Under the pieces are notes generated by a model. It had not been told where the DNA came from. It made no database searches and saw only the letters and a program-made list of their open reading frames with translations. Below, one piece after another: positions 55,449-64,000 of a stretch of DNA of 64,000 nucleotides (its first letter is position 1; each line of letters opens with the position of its first letter). The stretch lies in NCBI GenBank assembly GCA_029263895.1, contig JARIDO010000011.1:5185-69184 (forward strand), in the 5' to 3' direction. A program made the translations under genes and the position numbers. The stretch is from Sporosarcina sp. Its GTDB lineage: Bacteria > Bacillota > Bacilli > Bacillales_A > Planococcaceae.

Positions 55449-55539
55449 TATTCTTGTAAGAAAAGTATCGTTTAACATGTTTACCTTCACAATTACTGTG
55501 GTATATAAAGCAGGAACACATAAACTGGAGGGATTCATA

Positions 55540-55860
55540 ATGACTGTTAAAAAAACTGTTGAGAATGCCGTACAGGCAAAACAAGAAATCGATGCACTCG
55601 TAACACAAGGTTACACACACGATGACATCTACATCTTCGCTCATGATAAAAAACGAAGCGATCATATTACAGACGCATTAGACACTGAAGCAGTTGGAAT
55701 GAAGGAACAAGGATTTCTCGATAGCATGAAAAATATGTTTGTTTCACGCGGTGACGAACTTCGAAGCAAAATGGAAGCTGCCGGACTTACTACTGGCGAA
55801 GCAGCAACCGCAGAATCAGAACTTGACCAAGGTAAGCTTGTGCTAATCGCAAAAAAGTAA
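55540..55860 (+). CDS. General stress protein (YflT/17M-like)
   Basis: GGAGGG RBS; GYTHDDIYIFAHD, RGDELRSK and GKLVL motifs. Confidence 0.8.
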   Translation: MTVKKTVENAVQAKQEIDALVTQGYTHDDIYIFAHDKKRSDHITDALDTEAVGMKEQGFLDSMKNMFVSRGDELRSKMEAAGLTTGEAATAESELDQGKLVLIAKK

Positions 55861-55871
55861 TGTGAATAACA

Positions 55872-55910
55872 GCGCCCCACTCTATCATTTCGAATAGAGT
55901 GGGGCGTTTT
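55872..55910 (+). terminator. Intrinsic terminator
   Basis: CGCCCCACTCTAT...ATAGAGTGGGGCG-TTTT. Confidence 0.85.
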
Positions 55911-55977
55911 CAATTAAAATTGATCATGCTACTACCACAAAGCATTCTTTCTTCGGTATAATAAGAAAGGAAAGCAG

Positions 55978-56358
55978 GTGCTTCACGTGGATAGTAAGAT
56001 ATGGAAAATTGGTTTTTTCACCGGTTTAACTTCTTTTGTTTTATTAATATTTGGTGTTCGAACAATTCTTGGCCAAGATTTAGGCATTAAAAACTATATT
56101 GCATTCGCCGTATTCGGTTTAATAGTTGGTCTTCTCGCCCTACTATTACTGTTTTACAAACTAAAAATCGCATTTATTATCTTTATGGTAAGCTTGGTAA
56201 TCGCTTTCGCTGAACTGTTTAGAAGCTTCATAATGATCCCCGACGGATTTGGCGACCTGATTGGAATCCTTTCTTTATTTATCATTTCATCATTCGGTTT
56301 CGGCCTGGCGTGCATAGTTCAATTCGTTGTGATTCTTATACAAAAAAACAAACAATAA
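55978..56358 (+). CDS. Hypothetical four-TM membrane protein
   Basis: Hydrophobic throughout; DGFGDL motif. Confidence 0.65.
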   Translation: MLHVDSKIWKIGFFTGLTSFVLLIFGVRTILGQDLGIKNYIAFAVFGLIVGLLALLLLFYKLKIAFIIFMVSLVIAFAELFRSFIMIPDGFGDLIGILSLFIISSFGFGLACIVQFVVILIQKNKQ

Positions 56359-56462
56359 ATTGTAATCACTCAAAAAGTTATTCATATCTAGACAACATAA
56401 AAAGGTACTGTTTAGGAATTTGATCACATCGATTCCTAGAAACAGTACCTTTTTGGTTTATT

Positions 56463-57527
56463 TTAAGCAGTGGCATTCTTCTTAATTTGCTTGCTTCGTA
56501 ACTGACCACAAGCAGCGTCTATATCCGTTCCTTGTTCTAGACGGACGCCACAGTGAATACCTTTCTTTCGTAACGTTTCGTAAAACGCTTGGATTGCTTC
56601 AGGCTTACTTCGTGTATATTGGCCATGTTCGTCAACAGGGTTGTACGGAATTAGATTGACGTATGAAAGGTGACGCTTATTCTCAAGTAACTTTCCTAAC
56701 TGTTGAGCTTCAACAACATGATCATTTACATCATTCAATAAGATATATTCAAATGTAATTCTTCGGTTAGTCGTTTCTAGATAGTAATCGATTGAATCCA
56801 TTAATTTCTCAATTGGATAAGCTTTATTGATTTTCATGATACTTGTACGCAACTCATTATTTGGAGCATGTAAAGAAACAGCTAAATTCACTTGAATGTT
56901 TTCATCTGCGAATTCTCTAATTTTATGTGTATTACCACTCGTCGAAACAGTGATATGTCGCGCTCCAATACATAGACCTTTTTGATCATTCACCACACGT
57001 AAGAAATTCATTAGATTTGTGTAATTATCAAACGGTTCGCCAATACCCATTACAACAATATGGCTTACACGTTCTTCTTGCTCTTTAGCATCTAAATGCA
57101 ATTGTACTTTCATAATTTGCTCAACAATCTCACCAGCTGTTAAATCACGACTTTTTTTCAATAGTCCACTGGCACAGAAACTACAGCCAATATTACAACC
57201 TACTTGTGTTGTTACACAAACCGATTGCCCATATGAAAACTTCATTAAGACAGTTTCAATTAGATTGCCATCATGCATTTTGAAAAGAAACTTGATTGTT
57301 CCATCTTCTGACTCTTGCTTGACAGATAGTTCCATCGTTTGAATATCAAAGTTCTCTGTAAGCAATTCAATGCATTCGTTACTAACGTTATTCATATCCG
57401 CAAAATTGACGACACGCTTTTTGTAAAGCCAGTCCCAAATCTGTGCTGCACGGTATTTCTTTTGTCCATTTTCAAGCAACCACTCTGTTAACTGTTCAAG
57501 TGTTAGTCCATATATCGAATTCTTCAT
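56463..57527 (-). CDS. rlmN: 23S rRNA/tRNA m2A methyltransferase
   Basis: [25 protein letters not shown] and IDAACGQL motifs. Confidence 0.96.
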   Translation of the reverse strand: MKNSIYGLTLEQLTEWLLENGQKKYRAAQIWDWLYKKRVVNFADMNNVSNECIELLTENFDIQTMELSVKQESEDGTIKFLFKMHDGNLIETVLMKFSYGQSVCVTTQVGCNIGCSFCASGLLKKSRDLTAGEIVEQIMKVQLHLDAKEQEERVSHIVVMGIGEPFDNYTNLMNFLRVVNDQKGLCIGARHITVSTSGNTHKIREFADENIQVNLAVSLHAPNNELRTSIMKINKAYPIEKLMDSIDYYLETTNRRITFEYILLNDVNDHVVEAQQLGKLLENKRHLSYVNLIPYNPVDEHGQYTRSKPEAIQAFYETLRKKGIHCGVRLEQGTDIDAACGQLRSKQIKKNATA

Positions 57528-57647
57528 TTTAATATCCTCATTTCAGAAAATGCAATTCATATATTATACTACAGTTTACACGGAATTGGAACAACCTATA
57601 AACACTTAAGTATATGTCAAATAAAAGAAAACTCCTGTTGCAAGGAG

Positions 57648-58157
57648 TTATCGAGAATACAAATCTATTATTTTTTCCGTAGGCATTTCATTTAGGTTAC
57701 TCATATCTACAAAATAAGGCAACTGCCATTTTTGTGTTTTCATCGCTTCTGTATTAGTCGGACGATCCCAGCTAGGATATACTCTTATTGCCATTTTACC
57801 CTTTGTTGAACCCGACCTAAAAATATTTTGTTTCAAAAGAACTTCTTTCGGAAAAACAAATTGTCCAAACGTATAATTATTTTTAAAAGTAGTGATAACG
57901 AATAAATCAGGTGCTGTCTCAAATGAATAGGACTGATTTTTATTATTTTCATCTTTCTCCCAAAATGCAACAAACTGACCTATTTTGGTCGGAGTTACAT
58001 TCGAAACTCTAAATCGAACAGTTTTAGAAGCTATTTGAAAAATACCCGCACCATACTTAGCATTTTGCTTCTCTTCTCGAACCGATGTTAACGTTAGATC
58101 ACTCGGTTCATACAGTACTTTATTTATATACGTTAACGCAGTATAAAAATCATTCAT
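57648..58157 (-). CDS. MepB family protein
   Basis: QNAKY, TPTKIGQFV.FW, GQFVFPK and GKMAIRVYPSW motifs. Confidence 0.85.
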   Translation of the reverse strand: MNDFYTALTYINKVLYEPSDLTLTSVREEKQNAKYGAGIFQIASKTVRFRVSNVTPTKIGQFVAFWEKDENNKNQSYSFETAPDLFVITTFKNNYTFGQFVFPKEVLLKQNIFRSGSTKGKMAIRVYPSWDRPTNTEAMKTQKWQLPYFVDMSNLNEMPTEKIIDLYSR

Positions 58158-58505
58158 AATCTCACACCTCAAACTTACATTTATTCGAATCAACTGTTGA
58201 AATATAATCCTTTTAACACTTCACTCTCACTATACCAAAGATACCTAAAAAATCCTGTTTAAAATTAAAGAAGCACTACCAAAAGTAGCGCAAATTTATT
58301 CTATCTGAGGCAATAAAGTGTATGTTACTCGTATTGATTTAACGTCAAAGTCTTGAGTTAAAACTTACTATAGCAAAATCTAAATAGCATGCTTAACATT
58401 ATAATGTACAAAATAAAAAAGACCTCAACATTTTAAAATGTACCCTTTGTAAAGGACAATTTTAAAAAAGCCCTATATAAGTTGAACTGAAGAATGTAAC
58501 TAACC

Positions 58506-58630
58506 GCTGATTTCCGTTCCGAGCGGACGCTTTCCGCGGGCACAGCCTCAGCCTCCTCGTCACTTCGTTCCTGCGGGGTCTTCGGCTTGTGCTGTTCCCG
58601 CTGGAGTCGCCGCTCTACACTCCAATCAGC
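58506..58630 (+). repeat. GC-rich palindromic intergenic repeat nested in the IS
   Basis: Ends GCTGATT...AATCAGC; related copies at 60932, 22149 and 21837. Confidence 0.85.
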
Positions 58631-58662
58631 TGAAGTGAGTAAGAATTATACATTCAACATAT

Positions 58663-59621
58663 TTAGGAAACTTGAAGAAGATGATGAATGTATTCTACAG
58701 GCGTCATCCTTTTTAAATTCCACTGACCTCGATAATGATTGTAATAAGTCATATAACTCTTTATCTCTCGTTTTACATCTTCCAAAGCTTCACATGATTT
58801 CATATCTATTTCATCTTTAAAATGACCAAAGAATGATTCTTGAGGAGCGTTACCCCAACAGTTTCCACGACGTGACATGGATTGACCTAAACTCATTTTC
58901 TTCACAAGCTTTTGAAGTGGGGACTGGTATAGTGAACCCTTTGATCCGAGTGAATGAAAGCACCTTCAGCTAGTTTGTTACCATTCTTTTTTAATTTCTT
59001 TATTGTATTTAAAGCGATATCCAGCGTTATTTTATCGGATGTTTCATAAGCTAGAATTTCATAGGTTTCCGCATCTTTAATGGGGATAGATAGGCGCGTT
59101 TTCCTTTTCCGTAGCTCAAACAGGTAATATCCGTCAATAATACTTTTCCGGCAATCCCTTGCTTAAACTGGCGATTTAAAAGGTTGGGTAGTGTGCGATG
59201 TTCCTTTGTTGCTTTTGCCATTCTACGATATGGATTTGCTTTTCGAACCGGACATACGATATCAAATTTCTTCATGATGCGACGAATTCGTTTTAAATTA
59301 TATGTAATTTGATACTGGCGTTCTAATGTCATTTTTATCTGACGAGCCCCCCTTGGCACGACGACGAAAATGAATAGCTTTTAAAATGATGTCCTTGACT
59401 GTTTCATCTGCTTGATGATCTGTTTGTCGTTTTGCCGCTGCCTCATCTGAAAAATAGCGATAATATCCCGAACGGAATACCCCTACTAATCGACAAAGGT
59501 AGCTTACCATTTGTTTCAAATCATGCTTTTCGATGACCGTGTGTATCAAGTGGAATTGTCGTGCCTCTGATAGTTTTACTTTTTCTTCCCCAACATCCTT
59601 TCTGCTAATTCTATCTTTTTT
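58663..59621 (-). pseudogene. IS3 OrfB DDE transposase, frameshifted
   Basis: Fragments SGYY, GARQIKM, TDIT, HSDQ and SRRGNCW.NAPQESFFG; frameshifts near 59350, 59083 and 58915. Confidence 0.9.
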
Positions 59622-59995
59622 AGTAGTTCATTTTCCGCACGCAGAAGGGCATTTTGCGCTTCTAATCTGGCATACTTTTCATCTAGACTTAACTCACGCT
59701 TCACTGGACGTCCTGAATGATATTTACGTGTATCTTCTAGCCTAGATAGACCATTTTCTTTATAGGCTACACGGCAGCGTTTCAAAGCTGATTTCGCTCG
59801 TTGAATCCCCACGATATCAATATCGAACCCTGCATCTTCAAAGATTCTCCGTGAACTTTTACCTCCTTCAAATTCTTTAATAGCTATAGCTTTAAATTCG
59901 TCTGTATATGTGATTCCCTTTTCACTAACAGCCTTTACATAGGGATTTCCCCTCAGCATTTTTTGTTCTCGATCATTAAATAATTTCCTTGACAT
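59576..59995 (-). CDS. IS3 OrfA (HTH) protein
   Basis: L..NPYV..VSEK.ITY, SGRP and LRAENELLKK zipper; A6G slip site. Confidence 0.85.
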   Translation of the reverse strand: MSRKLFNDREQKMLRGNPYVKAVSEKGITYTDEFKAIAIKEFEGGKSSRRIFEDAGFDIDIVGIQRAKSALKRCRVAYKENGLSRLEDTRKYHSGRPVKRELSLDEKYARLEAQNALLRAENELLKKIELAERMLGKKK

Positions 59996-60049
59996 AAGTT
60001 CTGCTCCGCTCTATCTATATATGTTAGATTTATGTTTCCTTTGTAATCT

Positions 60050-60148
60050 ACAGCGCAGGCGCCTTACTGGGGTAGCCGAAGCGATAAGCCTAATAGTGGT
60101 CTTCTATTAGGTTTATCGCGGGAGGCATCCCCAAGCGCCAAGCGTTGT
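60050..60148. repeat. Long nested GC-rich hairpin in the transposase 5' region
   Basis: ACAGCGC/GCGTTGT, GGCGC/GCGCC, TGGGG/CCCCA and GCGATAAGCCTAATAG/CTATTAGGTTTATCGC pairings. Confidence 0.75.
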
Positions 60149-60277
60149 TGATAGGGTTCTTCATGCCAACATATAATCGTTGTTCTTTCGTTATAAAGAA
60201 AAGTACCCCATAAGAGAGACTTTTTTAAAGTGTCTATCTCATAGGGTACATTTTATTTCATTGAGATCTTCTTTTAT

Positions 60278-60499
60278 TTAATCTACTTCTTTTAACATAT
60301 TTTCAATAGAGATCAAGCGTGTGTTAAGTTCATCTACACGTTTTTGTAAAGTTATCGTGCTTTGTTTTTCAAGTTCTAATTTTTCATCCGCACGTTTTTC
60401 TGCGCGTTTGAAGTATTTATACACTGCAAAGATCAAGATGATCGGGATAATCAAAAATAAAATTAAATTTACCAGTCCAAGTATATTCATCATTCCCAT
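60278..60499 (-). CDS. Small TM + coiled-coil protein
   Basis: AAGGAG RBS; one TM; LNTRL..IENMLKEVD tail. Confidence 0.7.
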   Translation of the reverse strand: MGMMNILGLVNLILFLIIPIILIFAVYKYFKRAEKRADEKLELEKQSTITLQKRVDELNTRLISIENMLKEVD

Positions 60500-60518
60500 A
60501 TTATCAAACTCCTTTGTT

Positions 60519-60839
60519 TTAACTTTTTTTCTTAATCGTTAAAGACGGTATTAGTAGTTGTATAAGTTTTTCATCTAAGACAACCTGAAAAGGGTTGAGC
60601 GTATAAAATTTCACTGCTTTACCACTTTCCGAAATTTCCATTTTGCTTGAAACAAGATTCGCCTCCTCTAATTTTTGTAGATGTAAATAAAGTAATGGTC
60701 TACTAATACCAAGTTCTCTTGCCAGTTGACTCACATACTGTTTTCCATCGGATAACACACTAATAATCTTTAAACGATGGGGGTTAGATAAAGCTTCCAA
60801 AACCACGAGCAACTCGTCTCCGTCATTTAATTGTATCAT
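60519..60839 (-). CDS. ArsR/SmtB family regulator
   Basis: ALSNPHRLKII...VSQLARELGISRPLLYLHLQKLE. Confidence 0.9.
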   Translation of the reverse strand: MIQLNDGDELLVVLEALSNPHRLKIISVLSDGKQYVSQLARELGISRPLLYLHLQKLEEANLVSSKMEISESGKAVKFYTLNPFQVVLDEKLIQLLIPSLTIKKKS

Positions 60840-60840
60840 A

Positions 60841-60876
60841 TGTAAGTATTTTATTACAGGTAGATTAAAATGTCAA
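60841..60876 (-). promoter_or_regulatory. Sigma-A promoter with overlapping palindromic operator
   Basis: TTGACA-N17-TAAAAT; TGTAA-N8-TTACA at 60841-60858. Confidence 0.75.
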
Positions 60877-60931
60877 GTAATTTATGCAATCAGGACAATT
60901 TGTTGAAAAAGATTTAAATTGTAGACACTTA

Positions 60932-61119
60932 GTTGGTTGAAGTGCAAGACGACGACTCCTGCGGGAACAGTGAGCTGAAGATCCTGGACTGAGCAAAGCG
61001 AGGGAAAAAGGCTGCCTTAATTTCTGGAAGTGCACAGAAATACGGCAAATCGAACACTTCCTGGTTCGATTGGCTGAGACCGTACCCGCGGAAAGCGTTC
61101 GACTGAAACGTAAATCAAC
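60932..61119 (-). repeat. Long variant of the GC-rich intergenic repeat
   Basis: GACGACTCCTGCGGGAACAG...CCCGCGGAAAGCG...AATCAAC; opposite orientation to the 58506 copy, with a ~60-nt internal insert. Confidence 0.8.
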
Positions 61120-61209
61120 ATTACTTTTAAGGTTGTATATAAAGAAGGATGACGTGTAAATCACATCACCCCAACATTTGACTTAGAAACTCTTTTAACA
61201 TAAAATCCA

Positions 61210-62268
61210 TTATCCTATAATTTGTTTTATCGTATCCATTAACTTATGCATCTGTTCGTCAGTTCCAATTGTTACTCGTAAGTGATTTTGAATGACTGGG
61301 TCTCTAAAATGTCTGGTTAGAATACGCTCTTTTTTAAGTTCTTGATAAAGCTCAACAGCAGTCACTTTTTCATGTGTAATGAAAACAAAATTAGTTTGCG
61401 ATGGTAAAATATCAAAGCCTATTCTTTTTAACTTTTCTACTAACACTTCTCGAGTAGTAATAATTTTTGAGGTCGTCTCTTTAAAATAATTTTCATCTTC
61501 AAACGCAGCTAAAGCACCTGCTATTGCAAGTCGATCGATTGTATATGAGTTAAATGAATCTTTAATGCGAAATAACGCTTCGATTAAAGAAGGATTCCCC
61601 ATTGCGTAACCTACCCGTAATCCAGCAAGAGAACGTGATTTTGATGTTGTTTGGACAACAACAAGATTGGGATATGCTTCTATTAACGTCATAGCTGATG
61701 TCGTCGCAAAGTCAATATATGCTTCGTCAATGATGACGACATTTTCTGAATTGTTTTGTAAGATTAACTCAATATGCTCAATCTCTGCATAGATACTTGT
61801 CGGTGCATTAGGATTGGCAAGTATGACGCCTCCCTCAGAGTTAAAAAAAGCTTCTGGTTGAATTGTGAAATCCTCATTTAATGGTACTTCTATATAGGGG
61901 ATATCAAATAATTTAGCGTATACAGGATAAAAACTGTATGTCACTGTGGGAAATTGAATCCTCTTGGATGGTTTAAAAAAAGCCATGAATGAAAATGCTA
62001 ATACTTCATCAGAACCATTTCCAATGAAGACTTGGTTTTCAGTCAAACCATTTTGTTTTGCAATTGTTTGACGCAACTTTTCAACAGTAGGTGTAGGATA
62101 ATAATGCAATCCCTTATCCATTTCTTGAATGATTGCTTTCGCAACCATCGGGCTTGGTGGATAAGGATTTTCATTCGTATTCAATTTCAAAATATGTTCT
62201 TCATTGATTTGCTCACCAGGTACATAGGGTTGCGTTCGTTTAACCATGTCACTCCAATATTTAGTCAT
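61210..62268 (-). CDS. hisC: Histidinol-phosphate aminotransferase
   Basis: [25 protein letters not shown] and [14 protein letters not shown] motifs. Confidence 0.93.
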   Translation of the reverse strand: MTKYWSDMVKRTQPYVPGEQINEEHILKLNTNENPYPPSPMVAKAIIQEMDKGLHYYPTPTVEKLRQTIAKQNGLTENQVFIGNGSDEVLAFSFMAFFKPSKRIQFPTVTYSFYPVYAKLFDIPYIEVPLNEDFTIQPEAFFNSEGGVILANPNAPTSIYAEIEHIELILQNNSENVVIIDEAYIDFATTSAMTLIEAYPNLVVVQTTSKSRSLAGLRVGYAMGNPSLIEALFRIKDSFNSYTIDRLAIAGALAAFEDENYFKETTSKIITTREVLVEKLKRIGFDILPSQTNFVFITHEKVTAVELYQELKKERILTRHFRDPVIQNHLRVTIGTDEQMHKLMDTIKQIIG

Positions 62269-62902
62269 GTTGAAGCACTTCACTTGCTGGTCGTCGTTCG
62301 TTAAGAACCTTTTTCACATCATCGACACTCACGTGTAAAAGTTCCATCAAAACAAGTGTATGGTACGTTAAGTCTGCAAGTTCATTCGTTACTTCATGAT
62401 GATTTGCATTTTTAGCACCAATTACGACTTCTGTCGTTTCCTCACCTACTTTTTTCAACACTTTATCTATCCCTTCTCTAAATAGATAAGAAGTATATGA
62501 ACCCTCAACTGGATGCTCCCTTCGCTTCTTAATTTCACCCACGATATCATGGATAATTTCCCGATTAGATAGTTCATCCTCTAGTAAAATAGTTGAAAAA
62601 CAAGTTGTGTTTCCTGTATGACAAGCTGGTCCTAATGGTTCTACTTGGATTAGCAATGTGTCTTGATCGCAGTCCAATGCTAACCGTTTAACAACTTGTC
62701 GATTGCCTGATGTAGCCCCTTTATGCCATAACTCTTTTCTCGAGCGACTATAAAACCACGTTTCTTTCGTCTCAATCGTTTTTTGAAAAGCTTCTTTATT
62801 CATATACGCAAGCATAAGTACAGTGCCAGAAACTTCATCTTGAATAACAGTAGGTAGAAGACCTTCATCCGTCAGTTTTAGTTCATCAAACGTAATGTTC
62901 AT
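62261..62902 (-). CDS. hisIE: Bifunctional PR-AMP cyclohydrolase / PR-ATP pyrophosphatase
   Basis: [25 protein letters not shown] and KKVGEE motifs. Confidence 0.95.
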   Translation of the reverse strand: MNITFDELKLTDEGLLPTVIQDEVSGTVLMLAYMNKEAFQKTIETKETWFYSRSRKELWHKGATSGNRQVVKRLALDCDQDTLLIQVEPLGPACHTGNTTCFSTILLEDELSNREIIHDIVGEIKKRREHPVEGSYTSYLFREGIDKVLKKVGEETTEVVIGAKNANHHEVTNELADLTYHTLVLMELLHVSVDDVKKVLNERRPASEVLQHD

Positions 62903-63666
62903 TATCCTTCATTCCCTACAGTTATTTTTTGTTCTTCAAGATACGTTTTCAGTTCACGAATTGAAATATCTTCATAGTGGAATACAGATGCCGCTAAAGC
63001 TGCGGAAGCTTTTCCTTCTGTTAAAACCGCTTGGAAGTCTTCTAATTTCCCCGCACCGCCACTTGCGATAATTGGAATAGACACCGCTTTTGAAATCGCA
63101 ATTGAAAGTGGCAAATTGTATCCCTTTTTGACACCATCTTCATCAATGCAGTTCACAACTAGTTCCCCGGCTCCTAGTTTTTCACCTTGCTTTGCCCATT
63201 CAATCGCATCTATCCCGGTATCTACCATTCCTGCTTTTGCGAAGACATTCCACTTACCTGAAGAAACCTCACTAACATCCATTGAAAGTAAGACGCGATG
63301 CGAGCCGAACTTTTCAGCCGCTTCAGAAATAATCGATGCATTCGCTAAAGCAGCACTATTAATCGAAACTTTGTCGCCCCCGATACGAAAAACCGTTTCA
63401 ATATCATCCATCGTCCGAATGCCGCCACCTACTATAAAGGGGATTGGAACTTCTTTAGCGATTGTTTCGATGAGATCAAGAAACATGTCTCGGTTTGTTG
63501 AAGATGCAGCAATATCATAAAACACAAGCTCATCCGCACCATCTGCTACATATTTTCTTGCCAATGTTAGTGGATCTGCAACTTCTTGTACATCTAAAAA
63601 CTTTTTACCTTTCACGACTTTTCGATTATCAATATCTAAGCATGGGATAATTCGTTTACTCGCCAT
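62902..63666 (-). CDS. hisF: Imidazole glycerol phosphate synthase cyclase subunit
   Basis: [28 protein letters not shown] and ALAASVFH motifs. Confidence 0.95.
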   Translation of the reverse strand: MASKRIIPCLDIDNRKVVKGKKFLDVQEVADPLTLARKYVADGADELVFYDIAASSTNRDMFLDLIETIAKEVPIPFIVGGGIRTMDDIETVFRIGGDKVSINSAALANASIISEAAEKFGSHRVLLSMDVSEVSSGKWNVFAKAGMVDTGIDAIEWAKQGEKLGAGELVVNCIDEDGVKKGYNLPLSIAISKAVSIPIIASGGAGKLEDFQAVLTEGKASAALAASVFHYEDISIRELKTYLEEQKITVGNEG

Positions 63667-64000
63667 CTATACCATCCTCCATAAGTTGTGTTAGTGATAG
63701 TTTTCCTTCATACAAAGCTTTACCAATAATTGCACCATACATTTTCTGTTGTTTTAGCATCTTAATATCCTGAACAGTAGTCACTCCGCCAGATGCAATG
63801 ATGTCAATGGTAGATGCGTTATTCATCATTGCAAGTTCAACAAAGTTTGGTCCTGCTAACATTCCATCTTTCAGAATATCTGTATAGACGATTGTTTTCA
63901 CGCCCATTTCCACTAAATCAGCAAGCAACGTGATCGCTTTAGTCGAAGTCGTTTTTGTCCAACCATCCGTTGCAACATAACCATTTCTGGCATCTATAGA
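63656..64000 (-). CDS. hisA: ProFAR isomerase, C-terminal part; start outside the window
   Basis: IDARNGYVATDGW, YTDILKDGML.GPN, IASGG and GKALY motifs. Confidence 0.9.
   Translation of the reverse strand, partial: SIDARNGYVATDGWTKTTSTKAITLLADLVEMGVKTIVYTDILKDGMLAGPNFVELAMMNNASTIDIIASGGVTTVQDIKMLKQQKMYGAIIGKALYEGKLSLTQLMEDGIDGE

Larger units (their letters stand above)
58434..60255 (-). mobile_element. Decayed IS3-family insertion sequence (~1.82 kb)
   Basis: Terminal IRs TAAAATGTACCCT...AGGGTACATTTTA; TTT flanking repeat; orfA plus frameshifted DDE orfB. Confidence 0.88.

Noticed and set aside
59347-59352. G6 run in orfB as a second programmed frameshift
   Set aside because: A single extra G explains it, and two more lesions follow, so this is decay or assembly error.
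60865-61164. 99-aa ORF (also 58587-58820 and 21719-22015)
   Set aside because: These frames run through GC-rich palindromic repeats, lack an RBS and have unprotein-like composition.

Overview
AT-rich chromosomal segment from a Bacillales organism; gene order and repeat types suggest Planococcaceae (Sporosarcina/Lysinibacillus-like), which is an inference. Bases 1-21.7 kb are the conserved B. subtilis 'yt' block: 5' part of sftA/ytpT, ytpR, ytpQ, an M42 peptidase, ytnP, trmB, dat-pepV, ytzE, an rsuA-like gene, murJ, ytfP, T-box-led leuS, scoAB and ytqAB. The rest mixes housekeeping and accessory genes: YeiH/LysR, a LysM-3D hydrolase, GntR/brnQ, sbcDC, an Mn ABC transporter, opuA with a GbsR-type regulator, a YtkA/two-component/SCO cluster, rlmN, a decayed IS3-family element and the 3' end of the his operon. 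No rRNA, tRNA, CRISPR array or prophage was seen. The most notable items are four. (1) A complete T-box riboswitch with an AUG (Met) specifier drives a stand-alone DUF62 SAM hydrolase, a possible SAM-to-methionine salvage switch. (2) A two-component system sits between two copper-site assembly lipoproteins, with phased TTCACA boxes on both strands. (3) An enlarged IS3 element with atypical TA ends split a terminator and carries two GC-rich structured repeats. (4) An ArsR gene appears leaderless and autoregulated. All calls come from reading motifs by eye; no database searches were run.
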